A stretch of 64,000 nucleotides of DNA from Nitrospirota bacterium (GTDB lineage: Bacteria; Nitrospirota; Nitrospiria; Nitrospirales; NS-4), in NCBI GenBank assembly GCA_963788195.1, contig CAWBGA010000017.1, positions 768,001 to 832,000 of the forward strand, read 5' to 3'. Below the pieces are notes generated by a model that was given only the letters and a program-made list of their open reading frames with translations, was not told the DNA's origin and did not search any database. Both the position numbers and the translations under genes were made by a program. This document shows positions 11,427 to 24,781 of this stretch, piece after piece (positions within the stretch are counted from its first letter, which is position 1; every line of letters starts with the position of its first letter).

Positions 11427-12386
11427 ATCTGCGCCTAACAAGGCCTCGGCAAAGCCGTCGGCATCAAAGGGTTGAAGATCTTCGACGGCTTCACCTACAC
11501 CGATGTAGCGCACAGGAATACCAAGATCCGAAACAGCGACAACAATCCCGCCTCTGGCGGTCCCATCGAGCTTGGTCAACACCACGCCCGTGACGCCCAG
11601 CGCTTCATGGAACTGACGGGCTTGCGCCAGCCCGTTCTGGCCAACGGTGGCGTCAAGGACCAACCAGACTTCATGGGGGGCGCCTGGCATGGCCTTATCG
11701 AGGGTGCGCTTGATCTTTTTGAGCTCCTCCATGAGATTCGTCTTGGTATGAAGGCGACCGGCGGTATCAACAAGGACAACATCAGCATTGCGAGCCCGCG
11801 CCGCCGTGACGCCATCGAAAGCAACCGCGGCGGGATCGGCCCCGGCTGAGGTTTGACGACCTCGACCTCCACGCGCCGACCCCATTGTTCCAGTTGCTCA
11901 CCGGCCGCGGCCCTGAAGGTATCGGCGGGGACCAGGAGAACACGTTTACCGCTCCGGACATAAAAGGCGGCGAGCTTTCCGATCGTCGTGGTTTTTCCGA
12001 CGCCATTGATTCCGACCATGAGGATCACAAGCGGCGAAGCAATCCTCCGCCGCTTCTGACCGCGCTGAGGCCGCTTTCCGAAGGTGATCCGGCGATGGCG
12101 GTCTTGAGGATTGTCCGGACCGAGCCCACATCCGCTTCTCCCGTTTGGCGAACACCCTCCCGAACCATTCCATTAACGAAGTAACTGACGTCATTCCCAG
12201 ATCTGCGGCGAGCAGGGCGGTCTCCAGTTCCTCGTACAGCTCCGGGGTGAGGCGCCGGTTGCCGGGAAGCAGGCGCCGGAGATTTCCGAGTAGTCCGTCT
12301 CGGGTCTTGGTCAAGCCTTCCCTGGTCTGCGTCAAGCCCTCGCTGGTTTTGCTAAGTTTTTGTCCTAGACGATGCCAAATTCCCAT
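11423..12386 (-). CDS. ftsY: Signal recognition particle receptor FtsY (frameshifted in this assembly)
   Basis: [53 protein letters not shown] and IGVGE motifs spread across three frames. Confidence 0.93.
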
Positions 12387-12391
12387 CCCGC

Positions 12392-12899
12392 TTATGTCGT
12401 CCCGATGAGAGAAGCGCCGGCGTTCCTGGCGGGCCATGCGAAAGCCTTCACGCGCGCCCAGTTCATGATCATACCCCATCAAGTGCAGGACCCCGTGCAC
12501 CACCAGTCGAACGACTTCCTCGTGGAGACTATGCCCATATAGCGTCGCCTGCCGCTTGGCGGTGGCATGGAGATGACGACATCGCCGAGCAAGCGTGGCG
12601 GCCGTGTCTGTGGCGCCGGGATGAATTTCCGAGGCAGCACGCCCGCTAAAGAGCCGCAGCCGTGAGCACCCGCCGCTCGGGCAGCTTCCGTTCCAGGGGA
12701 AAGGCTAAGACATCTGTAGAGCGGTCGATTTTTCTGATAGCGTGCATTCAGCGTGCGGATTCGTCGGTCCGACACCAACACGAAACTCAGCTCATCATGT
12801 TCGACATGCATGGCGGCAAGAATGGCTTCCGCGGTCCCGCGGATCCGCTTCATGTTGATGGCTCTAGAGGTTGAAGGTTTTGAAGCAGGACCGGCAGGT
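12392..12899 (-). CDS. ybeY: rRNA maturation endoribonuclease YbeY (frameshifted)
   Basis: LNARY..., LLGDVVIS and HGVLHLMGYDHE motifs; located downstream of phoH. Ends are approximate. Confidence 0.88.
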
Positions 12900-13897
12900 C
12901 AATCCGAACGGCGGGACGTGCCTGGGCGGGTGGGTTTCTCATGATGCCGTTGGTAGGCTTTAATGATCTCCTGCACCAGCCGATGGCGAACGACATCCTT
13001 CTCCGAGAAGTAGAGAAAGGCAATGCCGGGCATCTCAATGAGAATATCGCGCACCTCAATGAGGCCGGAGACTCGGTCGGAAGGCAGATCCACCTGCGTG
13101 ATATCTCCCGTCACGACAGCTTTCGAATTAAATCCCAGCCGGGTGAGAAACATCTTCATTTGCTCGGAGGTGGCGTTTTGCGCCTCATCCAGAATCACAA
13201 AGGCATCATTGAGCGTGCGTCCCCGCATGAAAGCCAAGGGGGCAATCTCAATGTCACCTCGCTCGATCAACCGATTCGCCCGCTCCAGATCCATCATGTC
13301 ATAGAGCGCGTCATACAAAGGGCGCAGGTAGGGATTGACCTTCGCAATCATATCGCCCGGAAGAAAGCCCAGTTTCTCCCCGGCTTCCACCGCCGGCCGC
13401 GCCAAAATAATGCGGTTCACCTCCCGTCGCGAGAGACTGGCGACGGCCATGGCCATCGCTAAATACGTTTTGCCCGTGCCGGCGGGCCCGATCCCAAGCA
13501 CCAGGTCATGCTTGCGGATGGCTTCGATGTACCGACGTTGCATGGGGGTCTTCGGCACAATGACCCGTTTACCGTTGCCGACCTCGATACCGCCCCGGAG
13601 GGATTCTTTCACGTAGGAAGGATCTTCACCGCCTTGCAAATTGCGAATAGCGTACTCGACATCGTCACGACGCAAAGTATGGCCTTCATACATGAGGGTT
13701 GTCAGACCGCCGAGCAGACGTTCCCCATTGCGACGGCATTCACGGGCCCGTTCAGAAGGACTTCTTCGCCGCGGGCCGAGACCCGGATCCCCAAGCGCTT
13801 CTTCAATCATTTTCAGATGAGCGTCGCGACTGCCGAAGAGCGAGGAGGTATCGATGCCTTCTTTGAGTTTGACTTTCAGAAGCGCCACGTTAGACAA
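12899..13897 (-). CDS. phoH: PhoH-family ATPase
   Basis: [39 protein letters not shown] and [10 protein letters not shown] short garbled N-terminal segment suggests compensating indels. Confidence 0.95.
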   Translation of the reverse strand: MSNVALLKVKLKEGIDTSSLFGSRDAHLKMIEEALGDPGLGPRRRSPSERARECRRNGERLLGGLTTLMYEGHTLRRDDVEYAIRNLQGGEDPSYVKESLRGGIEVGNGKRVIVPKTPMQRRYIEAIRKHDLVLGIGPAGTGKTYLAMAMAVASLSRREVNRIILARPAVEAGEKLGFLPGDMIAKVNPYLRPLYDALYDMMDLERANRLIERGDIEIAPLAFMRGRTLNDAFVILDEAQNATSEQMKMFLTRLGFNSKAVVTGDITQVDLPSDRVSGLIEVRDILIEMPGIAFLYFSEKDVVRHRLVQEIIKAYQRHHEKPTRPGTSRRSD

Positions 13898-13982
13898 GCG
13901 CGCAGGTCACCCCATAAGATCACACCGCGTCATATATACGGCAGCAAATTGTAACAGGCGATATTCAGACACACAAGAGCAG

Positions 13983-15014
13983 TTATTCTGGAGCGGGTAG
14001 AGTTGCGACCGGAGCTACAGCCGGGGTCGTAGGAGTTTGGCCTTCCAGCATAAAGTCCTGTTCTCCGAAAACGTTGTCCGGGTCCTTGGCAGAGATCACG
14101 ACGCGATGCTTCCCTTTGCTTTCCATCGTCAGCTTCCAGACCAGTTTCCCCGTCGCGGAATCAATCGACATCCCGGCGGGAGCTTGTTTTAATTCGTATC
14201 TGACCACGTCTTCGTCCGGATCCAAGGCGACCACCTGATAGCTGTATTGCCCGTCTTCGATCACGGTCGGCGGGAATGATGTAATCATCGGCGGGCCGTT
14301 CTCGATCGTCACGGGCGCGCTCCCTTTAGGTTCACCACTCACCTTTGCATCCGAGGGGGTGACCATCACCGCCAGGATATCTTTCTTTCGAAAGGCCTTG
14401 GTCTCCAAAGAATCGCTTATCGCGCCCGTCACTTCTTTGCCGTTGCGGAACCATTTAAAGGCAAGTTTGACCGGCTCACCGTCGGGATGGCGGGTTACGA
14501 CTCGCGCGGCGAGAACTTGCCCGCGGTGAACCGGCGTCGGCTCCAGCCGAATTTCCGTGATTTCTGGGGCGGTGCTTCCGACGATCACCGGTGGACTTTT
14601 AAAGACGCGGCCGTCGAGGCCTGCGACCGAAGGGATCACTTCGACTTCGACGCGATCGCGACTTCTGAGGTCATGGAGCGAGAACTGCGGATCGTTGGCC
14701 CCCGTGACCGGAAGGTCATTCACGAGCCACTGATATTTGTATGTGAGGGCGCGGCCAGCCGGGTCCTCGCCGTGTATATCAACCCGGAGTGTCGATAAGA
14801 GACTGACGTCCGAGGGATAGATACGAGCGGTGCGAACCATCGGCTCTTGATTAACCGGCACGACTTCGGCGGTAGGCGAGGAAATCTTTCCGCGCTGTGG
14901 AGGAGGAGCCTTGGACGTGGGTTCGGGAGAGCAACCCGAAAGGAGGAGCGACAAGACCAGGAGGGGCGCCAGCGTACGGGCGCCCCCCACGAATGTTGAA
15001 AACAATGGTTTCAT
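13983..15014 (-). CDS. Lipoprotein with tandem Ig-like domains (C-terminal putative Ig/He_PIG domain), last gene of pilin cluster 1
   Basis: Lipobox LLSGC; repeated YKYQWLVND and FKWFRNG beta-sandwich segments; C-terminal YQVVALDPDED...APAGMSIDSATGKLVW. Confidence 0.75.
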   Translation of the reverse strand: MKPLFSTFVGGARTLAPLLVLSLLLSGCSPEPTSKAPPPQRGKISSPTAEVVPVNQEPMVRTARIYPSDVSLLSTLRVDIHGEDPAGRALTYKYQWLVNDLPVTGANDPQFSLHDLRSRDRVEVEVIPSVAGLDGRVFKSPPVIVGSTAPEITEIRLEPTPVHRGQVLAARVVTRHPDGEPVKLAFKWFRNGKEVTGAISDSLETKAFRKKDILAVMVTPSDAKVSGEPKGSAPVTIENGPPMITSFPPTVIEDGQYSYQVVALDPDEDVVRYELKQAPAGMSIDSATGKLVWKLTMESKGKHRVVISAKDPDNVFGEQDFMLEGQTPTTPAVAPVATLPAPE

Positions 15015-15022
15015 GTTTACAC

Positions 15023-18000
15023 CTATAGATCGCGCCATGTCAGCATTTCGCTAAAGGGGTTGCTTGCGGATCCTCCGCGCACGCAGGTCTGCCCCATCGC
15101 TCCGGTGCTCTTTTGCACGAAGACCGATGTTCGGCTCCTACATCCGGTGCCGTTCACAACCTGACCATCGCCTGAGCTGCCCTGGGCCCCGATATGAACC
15201 GAAACCGCCGAAGGCATACCGGAACCAGTACTGATAGACCGGTCGAGTATACCGACGCCATTGAGAGTACTGGCACCAAGGCCGGAGGTCTTATAGGCCG
15301 TGCCGGTTAAATAATACATCCCGTACAGTTTCCCGGTACCCGAAGCCTCGCAGATACCGTCGGTCGGAGTGTATGTGGTAAAGAACAACGTCCCGGCCAA
15401 AATCACCGGAGGATTGAGGTCCCTCTCACGCAGTTCCGGTAAGGTCGTGAACCAGCCGTCGTAAGTCCGTATCCCGGCCGGCGCCGCGTTAACTGAATCG
15501 GCGAGACCACCCACACCATCGAAGCCTCGAGTGTAGCTGGTCCCGCCGTCGAGGCTGACATTCTGGCTTGAACTCGGGCAACCGACGAGCGTGGTATCAC
15601 ACACGACAACATTTGAGACGTCAAAAAACCTTGTCAGCGGAGTGCTCTGGCTCTGGCCCGCGGCACAGCTCCCCGTCAGGATGCAATCCACGACCCCGAG
15701 GAAGTAATGGGGGTCGGCATTCGACTTGTCGTTATTGCCAAAATACCGTCCGCTGCCGAAGAACACCCAGATGTTATGTTGCTCGTCCGATGTCACCTGG
15801 GCCTGAGCTGTAATCGGGCCATCGTGCAGAGACTTCCAATGCACGGAGAGGTTCCTACGGATGTAAATGTGCTGACGAGGACTGTCGGGGCATTTGCGAC
15901 GCCCCAGGTATCAGGGTCCGGATTACCGTTACTCGTGGTGAGCCTGTACATCTTCCCCTTCCAAGTGGGGCCGGTGGCGAGGCAAGGGCTCACGTTATTA
16001 GGACTCAGGGTTGGGGTTGCGACCGCGCACTGAGACGACCCTACGTAGACAGCATCCACCCTGAAGTCCAGATCGATATCCGTGGTAAGGGCATCGCCCA
16101 TGAAACCCCCTAGCAGTCCCGTCGAGAACACCCTGTTGGACTTGTCGGCAATCGCTACATTGGCGGTGATGCAGGGAGCGAGACCGCATAGAATGCTCGT
16201 GTCATTGATCTTGGAATACTTGGGTCCCACGGCAAGGTCCACCACAAAAAATTTCCCTGTCTGTGCACTGCTTCCGTCATGATCCGTCGGCCCTGTGCCG
16301 AAGACCGCGTACCACTTGGCGTTGGTCGCATCAGTCCTGGCATTGCCGATTGCATTCACCCGCAGCACGGAGGGGGCCGCGGTGGTGAGGCCCAGATCCT
16401 TGTCTCTGAAGGTCCAGAGCAGCACAGGGTCTATTTCCGGATTGGTAATATCGAGCACGAAATACGAGGAGAGAAATGCGCGGGTGTCGCTGTTTTGACC
16501 GAGCGCGCCGTTGCCGGTACCCGTAGTGTTTCCGCTGTAATCAAAATCAGCCTTCGCGCTGCGTGGCTTTCCTTTCAGGCCGCAATTCGAACAGCTGCCG
16601 CCCATCCGGAAGCCACCGATCAAGATCGTTCCCCACCCGCCCGGATGATTCGTCACCTGGCCGGTGATACAACTTGCCGGTGAGTTCGCATCACCACAGA
16701 AGATCCTCACGTCGGTGACCTTCGGCTTGCTGTCCACGAAGTACACATGATCGTAATTCGGCGACGTCAGCCATCGGAGTTGAGGGAGCAGGTCCTGCGG
16801 GATGAATGCCCAGAGCTCGGCGCCAAGGGGTGGCGCCAACGCTCCGATCCTCGTTGTCGTGTACGTCAAAGCTCCGCCATCGCAAGGCAGTGATGAACAT
16901 GTCACCAATGCAGTTCCGCCGCCGTTCAGCTTCTTAGGTTCGGTGTTAAACAGAGCCTGCTCTGTCGACGCGGAGGCCGGATCGTCTCCCACATAGAAGT
17001 ATCCCGAGTTAAACGCATGAAGCATTCCATCATTGCCCCCGACGTAGGTCACCTGGCGACGGTCTTTATAGAGTTGAAAAAACTTGCTGTAATAATAGTC
17101 GCCATACACGATATCAAACCGTTCGCGCGGAGATCCCACCACCGTCGGAGCGGAGTTGATGATATCCCCAAGCTTCCAGACTAAGGACTGAGACACTCCG
17201 GCATCGTCGAGGACCGGCACCGTTCGATTACGCAGCCCGAGCACGTCCTCGCCGCGTATAAAGTTAATGATTTTTGTGGCTTCGAGCAGGGCGGCGGCCT
17301 TGTTGCCGGGATTGTTGACATTACAGTTCAAGACAAGTGCACCGCCCAGGTATGGACAGAGGTACCCGACGCGACCAGGGGCGAATTCGTTATATTCTTC
17401 GACAGAGGGACCGACGCCACCCCCGTTGTTGATATCCATCCAGGTCAGAATGCGGCGGCAATTGACTCCCCCGCTGTTCGCGGCGCATGTGGCACCGGGA
17501 GTCGTCAGCGCCAATCGGCGTCCCGCCTCCCATATGGGCTGGATTTCAGTCACGTCTAGGGCAACAACGGTAAGCGGATCTGTCGGCAGCGCCCCTGGAA
17601 TGAACTTGTCCACGACGACTTTGTTGACAGCAGTGTCATAACGGATCCGAATGATACAGTCATGCGCCAGAATCAGTTTGGCATCCGGCGGCCCCACAGG
17701 CAACCGCGGAATGGTCCTCCCGGAGGTTGCCGAAACGATCCAACCACAGACTCTGTAAGTACCCGAGCCATTTCACTTCACTGATGGCCGTCTTCAAGGT
17801 CGGAAAGAAATAGGCTTGGTACAGCGCGCCTTCACCCGTAGCCGTCGCTGCTAGCACGCCGACAGCCGATCCCGAGGCGACTTTCGCTTCGACGTCTGTG
17901 AACACCGCCAACAGTTGGGTTGACAATTGATCGTCATCCGTCCCTTCATAGTAATTATCGGGAATACAGTCTGCATTACACCCAACAACGGTCGAACCTG

Positions 18001-19847
18001 TGGTGCCGTCTGCATTGACCCTGTCCCATTCCGAGGTCTTATCAGGCCCGTTGGGGATGAGGTCTTGTTCGTCATAGCCGCCCATCTTGGCGGCCTGTTG
18101 CAAGATGGCGCTCCCACTTCCAAACGCAAGGAAGGTATAGATCTGACATTCTGCATGCCACAAAGAGGCGACCGAGTTCGATAATATTGGCGACATCGAC
18201 CCGTATGGTTGGCACCGCTTCGGTGTCGCCAGGCAGGCCGGATCCGTTGGAATTCGGGCCGGAGATCCGTCCTATGTCCCCAATAGGCCACATCGTCTAG
18301 TGCAGAGAGCGTGGCGGGATACAGCCGCTGCTAGATTGGCAATGGAAGCTGGAATGTTATTATCTCGGGTCGGCTCGCCATCGGTGAACAGAATGATAAA
18401 GGTCTTGCAACACTGGACGACGGCAGGAGGCAACAGCCATGGGCCCGGCGCTAGACAGCAGTCAACTTATTATTGGCGAAGAAGAAGGGATCGCGCCCAC
18501 AGGCACTGGTAAGATATCCCGCAGGGCAGCCCTCGGTGTCTAGCAAATATTTAAGCTCAATCGCCCTGACCCTTGGATTGAACCCTGCCCTATGGCCTGG
18601 TATGACACGCCTGGAGCAAATGCTAAGGGGTACATGTACTTAGCGGTGTCATATGGCTGTGGGACTTGAGCGATATATCGAATGGCGGTATACAACCATT
18701 CGGCCAGCGGCGTAAATGTCGACGGAGAAGCGGTTTCAACGCCGACCAACATGGCAGTGGTATTATCCGTCCAGGTCGTGACCGTCGTCGAATCAAAGGG
18801 CACAACCTGTCGTCCGCCTATCGGCACCAGCACCTTGCCGCCATCATTGAGGCTGCTGTTCTCCCTGAACACCATAAGGCCGAGACGCGCCTTCGCCCCG
18901 ACCTTCTGAATCACGCCCAAGGGACTGGCGCCATCGAGAGCGACATGAATGACGAATCGACTTTCAAGAAAGCCGTCGGCATCGGGTACCGGAGGACCCG
19001 GAGTTAGTGACACTCCTCCGATGTAGGGAGGAGGCGCAGGACCGTCGATGTCACATGACGCCGACCCCACAGGTGGGGCATTCATATCATTATCCACGCA
19101 GAATGAGCCGGCCAGAGCACCCGTCCCCCTCAGATGAAAATACAGCTTTCCGCCGCCTAGTCCCGCCATGACGTTTGAAGGCACGTGAGTCGCAGCCGCG
19201 GCCGCATCGACACCTCTATCAGGGCAGACTGCGACTGTAGGGCAACCATTGGAGAAGAACTGGGGGTCGCCAAAAGGATTGGTGACCGTGTCTGCCGGAT
19301 AGGACGTGGAGATATCGGGAAAGGTCGGCAGAGCCATGACGGACTCCCCCTTAAGGGTTACCAATCCCGGCGAGCCGCTGGCTGGACAGGTCCCGTCTGG
19401 TGCGCGACCGACAGCACAGTAGCCTCCGATCATCGCCTTCTTCACCGAATCCATGCGTCGATAGGTAATCCAGTTCAGGAAGTTCCCATCCCATAGTGAT
19501 GAGTTTCCACAACCCACATTAAACGCCTTCGATGATGCTGCGACAGAACGGAATCTCGTGTCTGAGGCATCGTACTGATAGCAGGCCTCTGGATCGAAGA
19601 GCCCTGAGTACGGCGTCGCCCGTCTGGGGTCCCAAGCCGGACAGACAGGGTCATTCGGACAATCAACCCGCAAGATCATGCTGCCGGAGTTATCCATCAA
19701 CAGAAGGATATTCGGAATGACCGTGGCGGAAATAAAAGGCGGCGCGCCGGCGTAATCAGCATTCGTGTTTTGGCTCCACAGGTCGGGGACTGGGAGGAAT
19801 AAAAATCCCACACCCATGAGGCAGGCAATTCGCAAAAGTACCTTCAT
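15023..19847 (-). CDS. pilY1: Type IV pilus tip adhesin PilY1/PilC-like (about 1600 aa), split by at least 4 indels
   Basis: Signal peptide; vWA MIDAS-like LMDNSGSM; FIILFTDGEP; WKLGDIINSAP, YVGGNDGMLHAFN, GAELWAFIP and YFVDSKP; Ca-binding loop DIDLDFRVD; FFGSGRY. Confidence 0.88.
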
Positions 19848-19878
19848 GCTGTACTCCTTATAATTTCGGCGCCGTTTA

Positions 19879-20265
19879 TTATCTCTGTGCAAGAATAATT
19901 ATTCGCACGATTTCGCCTTTCCTGGCGCCTGTCCCCAATAAATACTGCACGTTCACGTGCTGCCCATTCATCTTTTCAAGCAATTTCGCCGTCAGCAAAC
20001 TTCCTCTATTTGTCTGAATCAGGGCCTGGTCGGCGAGCGGATATTTCACGCCGTCTATCCGAACAATGCCTCCGCCTGACTGTTGAAGCACACCGCTACG
20101 AGCTCCCGGCAGCACCGGGCCAAGCGCCTCTGCCGCGTGCGCTTCGACGGCGCCCGCACAGATCAATAATCCGAGGATCAAGGCGCGGCCAATGCCGGCG
20201 GATGCAAACCGCTGTAGCCGCAAGATCCTTGTTGTGCGCTTGTCCATGTTTGTCTTTCCCTTCAT
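19879..20265 (-). CDS. Small secreted hypothetical protein within pilin cluster 1
   Basis: Signal-peptide-like N-terminus ending AVEAHA; lies in operon between pilX and pilY1. Confidence 0.65.
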   Translation of the reverse strand: MKGKTNMDKRTTRILRLQRFASAGIGRALILGLLICAGAVEAHAAEALGPVLPGARSGVLQQSGGGIVRIDGVKYPLADQALIQTNRGSLLTAKLLEKMNGQHVNVQYLLGTGARKGEIVRIIILAQR

Positions 20266-20266
20266 G

Positions 20267-20899
20267 CTAGATCTTGCGTTGGCAACTCTCTCCGGTCGCC
20301 ACGCACGCGTACACCCCGGTGACTTGACCGAAAGTGTTCAAGCCTCCAAAGGAGTAGCAGCTGATTCGATAGAGGACTTCCACGCCTCCTCCTGCGGCCC
20401 CTGCGCCGGTGCCTTCATACCCTGCGGCGAAAGCCAACGAACTGCCCGGCTTGGGCCTGGCGAAAAGCCGGTCAATATCAATGTTGACGGTAAAACCGCC
20501 GACAACAATTTGTGCGTTCGGCGCGATCGATGCAGCCGGCACAGCCTGCCAGTCGGCAGTGTCCGCATTCTGTTCGAACCCCGGCACCCCCATGATTTCC
20601 GATTCAAGCGGGGCCTGCCAGATCACAGGAGTCGGCAATCCCAGAATGCTCGCCGGAATGGCTGAGTTGGCAAGGGTCTGCTGGATGATCTGAACGGAGG
20701 TACTCAAACACGCCTCGGCGGTATTGATGCTGCCTTCTCGCAGCCTCTCGCCGCCCGCCAATTTGAGGTCCATCGTCGTCGTGGTGATTGCCGCGATACC
20801 GATCACGGTCAGGATCACCGTCAACATGAGTATTGTGAGCATGGCGATTCCGTCTTCCTGTCGCAAAATCGCCTGCTTTTTTAACATCAGCCTTCTCAT
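20267..20899 (-). CDS. pilX: PilX-like minor pilin
   Basis: QEDGIAMLTILMLTVILTVIGIAA: G-cleavage site with no E5, the PilX/GspK signature. Confidence 0.85.
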   Translation of the reverse strand: MRRLMLKKQAILRQEDGIAMLTILMLTVILTVIGIAAITTTTMDLKLAGGERLREGSINTAEACLSTSVQIIQQTLANSAIPASILGLPTPVIWQAPLESEIMGVPGFEQNADTADWQAVPAASIAPNAQIVVGGFTVNIDIDRLFARPKPGSSLAFAAGYEGTGAGAAGGGVEVLYRISCYSFGGLNTFGQVTGVYACVATGESCQRKI

Positions 20900-20922
20900 A
20901 ATTCAGCCTTTCCTCATTTGCG

Positions 20923-21990
20923 CTACAAGTTGCTCCCATTCCGTAGCGTCACCATTCGCATCAGGGCTCTGCGTCGAATTCCGCCCTGCACGCCGCAAGT
21001 AACGGGTTCTGCCAGTAACTGGTCCTCCACTTGAAGTAGAGCCGGTCCCGTGAAGGTGGCGTCTCTCCAACAGTTGCCTAAAACGTTCGCATTCGCAGGA
21101 GGGGTCGCCCGCCCGACGACCGTGAGCCTTATCTGGCGGATGGCCGAGGGCGTCGCATTGGCGGCTGCGTATTCAGCGGTCCCCAGCGCCATGCTTTGGG
21201 ATCCCGCGCCCACCTGCAACGGGCAGGTGGTACTCGCCCAACTATCATTTGGAACAAAGTCTTTGCAGTCCGGGATCAAGGCGATACCGACTGCCCCTCC
21301 CGGCTGATCGTCGATGATCCCGTCATTGTTCGTATCCAGCGCGTATGCAATTTGTAGGGATTCAATGCCATCTACCACTGCCACTCCTGCTGCGCCATTG
21401 ATAGCGCGGAGCAGTTGATAGGGTGGCGTCGCAAGGGCTCCTGAGACCGTATAGGTGATACACTTGATCTCGACGACTGCTGTCCCTGCCGTTGCGCCAC
21501 CCGCATAATTTGTCGGCGCGACGACAGCCCGACTGAGCGTCACAGGGCCCACACCGTTGACGGTTGCGGTGAATGTCCCTTCCAGCGAGATGACATCATT
21601 GACGGCGGGACCGGGGGCGCTGACGTTAATGATATTCCCCGCCGTAAATGGTGCTGTAAGGATCCCAACCTGTTGAAAGACCGTCATCACTGCGATCCTG
21701 TCCGGTCCCAAATCTTCAGCCGGCGCATTGTCACCGGTGTTGATCGTGTTCGCGCATCCGAGGAATGACCCTGCAGCCGGATTGCCGAAACTGGACATTC
21801 GGACATCACGGGCGATCAGATCCATCGCCAGCCGGACATTTTGTTGGATCTGTACCGTCTGGTCATTGCTCATGGCTGATCGTTGTCCGGTGTTCAGGAC
21901 CGCAAACCCTGCCACAGAAATAATGGCAAAGGCAGCAAGGGCAACCATCAGCTCGATTAATGTAAAGCCTCGTTCACTTCTGTCTTGCAT
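20923..21990 (-). CDS. pilW: PilW-like minor pilin
   Basis: GGAGG RBS, then MQDRSERGFTLIELMVAL; QQNVRLAMDLIARDVRMS; VDGIESLQIAYALDTNNDG; ends VTLRN. Confidence 0.88.
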   Translation of the reverse strand: MQDRSERGFTLIELMVALAAFAIISVAGFAVLNTGQRSAMSNDQTVQIQQNVRLAMDLIARDVRMSSFGNPAAGSFLGCANTINTGDNAPAEDLGPDRIAVMTVFQQVGILTAPFTAGNIINVSAPGPAVNDVISLEGTFTATVNGVGPVTLSRAVVAPTNYAGGATAGTAVVEIKCITYTVSGALATPPYQLLRAINGAAGVAVVDGIESLQIAYALDTNNDGIIDDQPGGAVGIALIPDCKDFVPNDSWASTTCPLQVGAGSQSMALGTAEYAAANATPSAIRQIRLTVVGRATPPANANVLGNCWRDATFTGPALLQVEDQLLAEPVTCGVQGGIRRRALMRMVTLRNGSNL

Positions 21991-22004
21991 CACATCCTCC
22001 ATGT

Positions 22005-23141
<1,137 letters not shown>

Positions 23142-23175
23142 TCTTGCTCCCCAAAAGTTATGCGGCCGTCAAAGA

Positions 23176-23759
23176 TCATAGCGGCGCGACTATCGTGCTC
23201 AATGTGAGCGCCGGCCGTACGAAATCCTGAGTCCCACTGTACGGTGACATCGATTTGCACCTGACCTAAGGCCGGCACGCCGACAAGGGCTGAGGAAACA
23301 CTTCCTACACCGTTCGGAAGCAACGGCTGGCCGTTGGCATCAGTCACTGCGAAACGATCTGACCATTGTCGATAATCTCCCCAGGCCGGGCGCATTGGGT
23401 GGAGGCGCTCCCGCGGTATTTCCAGCATTTGCCGGGAAGGCTTGGCCCGCGCAATTGGCCGGATACACCGCCGCACATGCCACAATCCCGTGATACAGAT
23501 AGGGAGAAGTGGGGACTGGCGGCGTCAGCAACGGGTTTATATTTGCCGGCGAATTCAGCCGAATACGGTCGAGCATCTCTGTGGCGAGATTTGTCGCAAT
23601 GGTAATCCGCTTTGCATCGACATTTCGCGACAGGGCCACATCTTCCATAGCGATAATCCCGAGCAGGCCGATGGTCATGTAGACCATCGCGATGAGCACT
23701 TCGATCATCGTGAAGCCGTCTTGGCTGCGAACGCGTTCTAACCTATTCACGGGTTTCAT
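23176..23759 (-). CDS. pilV: PilV-like minor pilin (frameshifted)
   Basis: QDGFTMIEVLIAMVYMTIGLLGIIAM...ATNLATEMLDRIRLN; the C-terminus VQIDVTVQWDSG lies in the adjacent frame. Confidence 0.8.
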
Positions 23760-23767
23760 CCTCGTCA

Positions 23768-24314
23768 CTATTGAGTACACGTAGGGATATAGCACCAGAT
23801 GATCTTGCCGGTTTGCAGGACCACGATCCGAAAGTTGTCCGTGCCGGCGTTGCGAAAATTCAGCACTTGCGGATTCGACGGACACGCGCCGGGAATGCAT
23901 ATATTATTGCATTGATTTGCCGTGTTCACCCATGTGCCCATGTTGTTGAATCTCATGTCCTGGGGTGATACCGCGGCGCCTCCTACGGCATCTGTCAACC
24001 GGATTATTGGATCCATAGTAATTGTCGGGAGCATGTCGATGGGGGCTCCGAGTGGAGTGTGAAATGTCACAGTCACCGGCGCCGGGAGAACTTGCGAGAC
24101 ATTGACCACTACCGGAGTGTTCTGGTTGATGGCGGTCATCCGAGCAAAGGCAAGAGTGCCCGCCAAGTTCGCCACGTCGGACTTGAGCTTGTGCTTCTGA
24201 TTCCAGATAATGAAGTTGGGTACGGCGACGGCGACGAGAACTCCAATGATGGCCATGACCACCATCATTTCTAGGAGACTGTAGCCTTTTATGGTGTTTG
24301 ACGGTCCGTAACAT
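23768..24314 (-). CDS. FimT/FimU (GspH-like) minor pilin, first gene of cluster 1
   Basis: KGYSLLEMMVVMAIIGVLVAVAVPNF...LAFARMTAINQN; C-terminal RIVVLQTGKI. The leader is joined by a probable indel. Confidence 0.85.
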
Positions 24315-24380
24315 GTGCTTTTGCTCTGTTTTCAAGCTTATCTCCTGGGCGCGAAGTGCGCCCCTCCGCGGCAAAGGAAT

Positions 24381-24396
24381 AGCAAGACCCGTGCTA
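24381..24396 (-). promoter_or_regulatory. Putative sigma54 -24/-12 promoter of pilin cluster 1
   Basis: Minus strand TAGCAC-GGGTC-TTGCT versus consensus TGGCAC-N5-TTGCW; one mismatch in the -24 GG. Confidence 0.45.
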
Positions 24397-24781
24397 TAGG
24401 CATCCCAACAGTCAACCGACCAGGAAAAGCCTCTAGATAACAGCCACTTTGATGGAATAATAACCTAGTTAATTACATATACGGCCTATTAGTGAGGTTT
24501 GGATCTCTGTAATATCCTTCTCACATTAGGAAGCTCTCGACCGAACAACCATGCCAATTCCGCTCTTCAAAGGAACAGGACGGCAGATTCCTGCCAGCGA
24601 CGGCGTTCCACGTTAAATTTCGACCAAGCTGCCAGTTGCATTCATGCCTCCCGATCTCTCAGCAGCGAAGCTTGGGCACGGCATTTCGTGAAATAAGGTT
24701 GAATTACTAATTATTATCTTGTACCGTGAAAAGGGTCCGTTGTCCGAGGATCGCCATGCTTGTAGGGTTTTCCGCCAGGGC

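Noticed and set aside
11423..12899. ftsY and ybeY as pseudogenes or programmed frameshifts
   Set aside because: These are normally essential genes with intact motifs, and indels are widespread in this part of the assembly.
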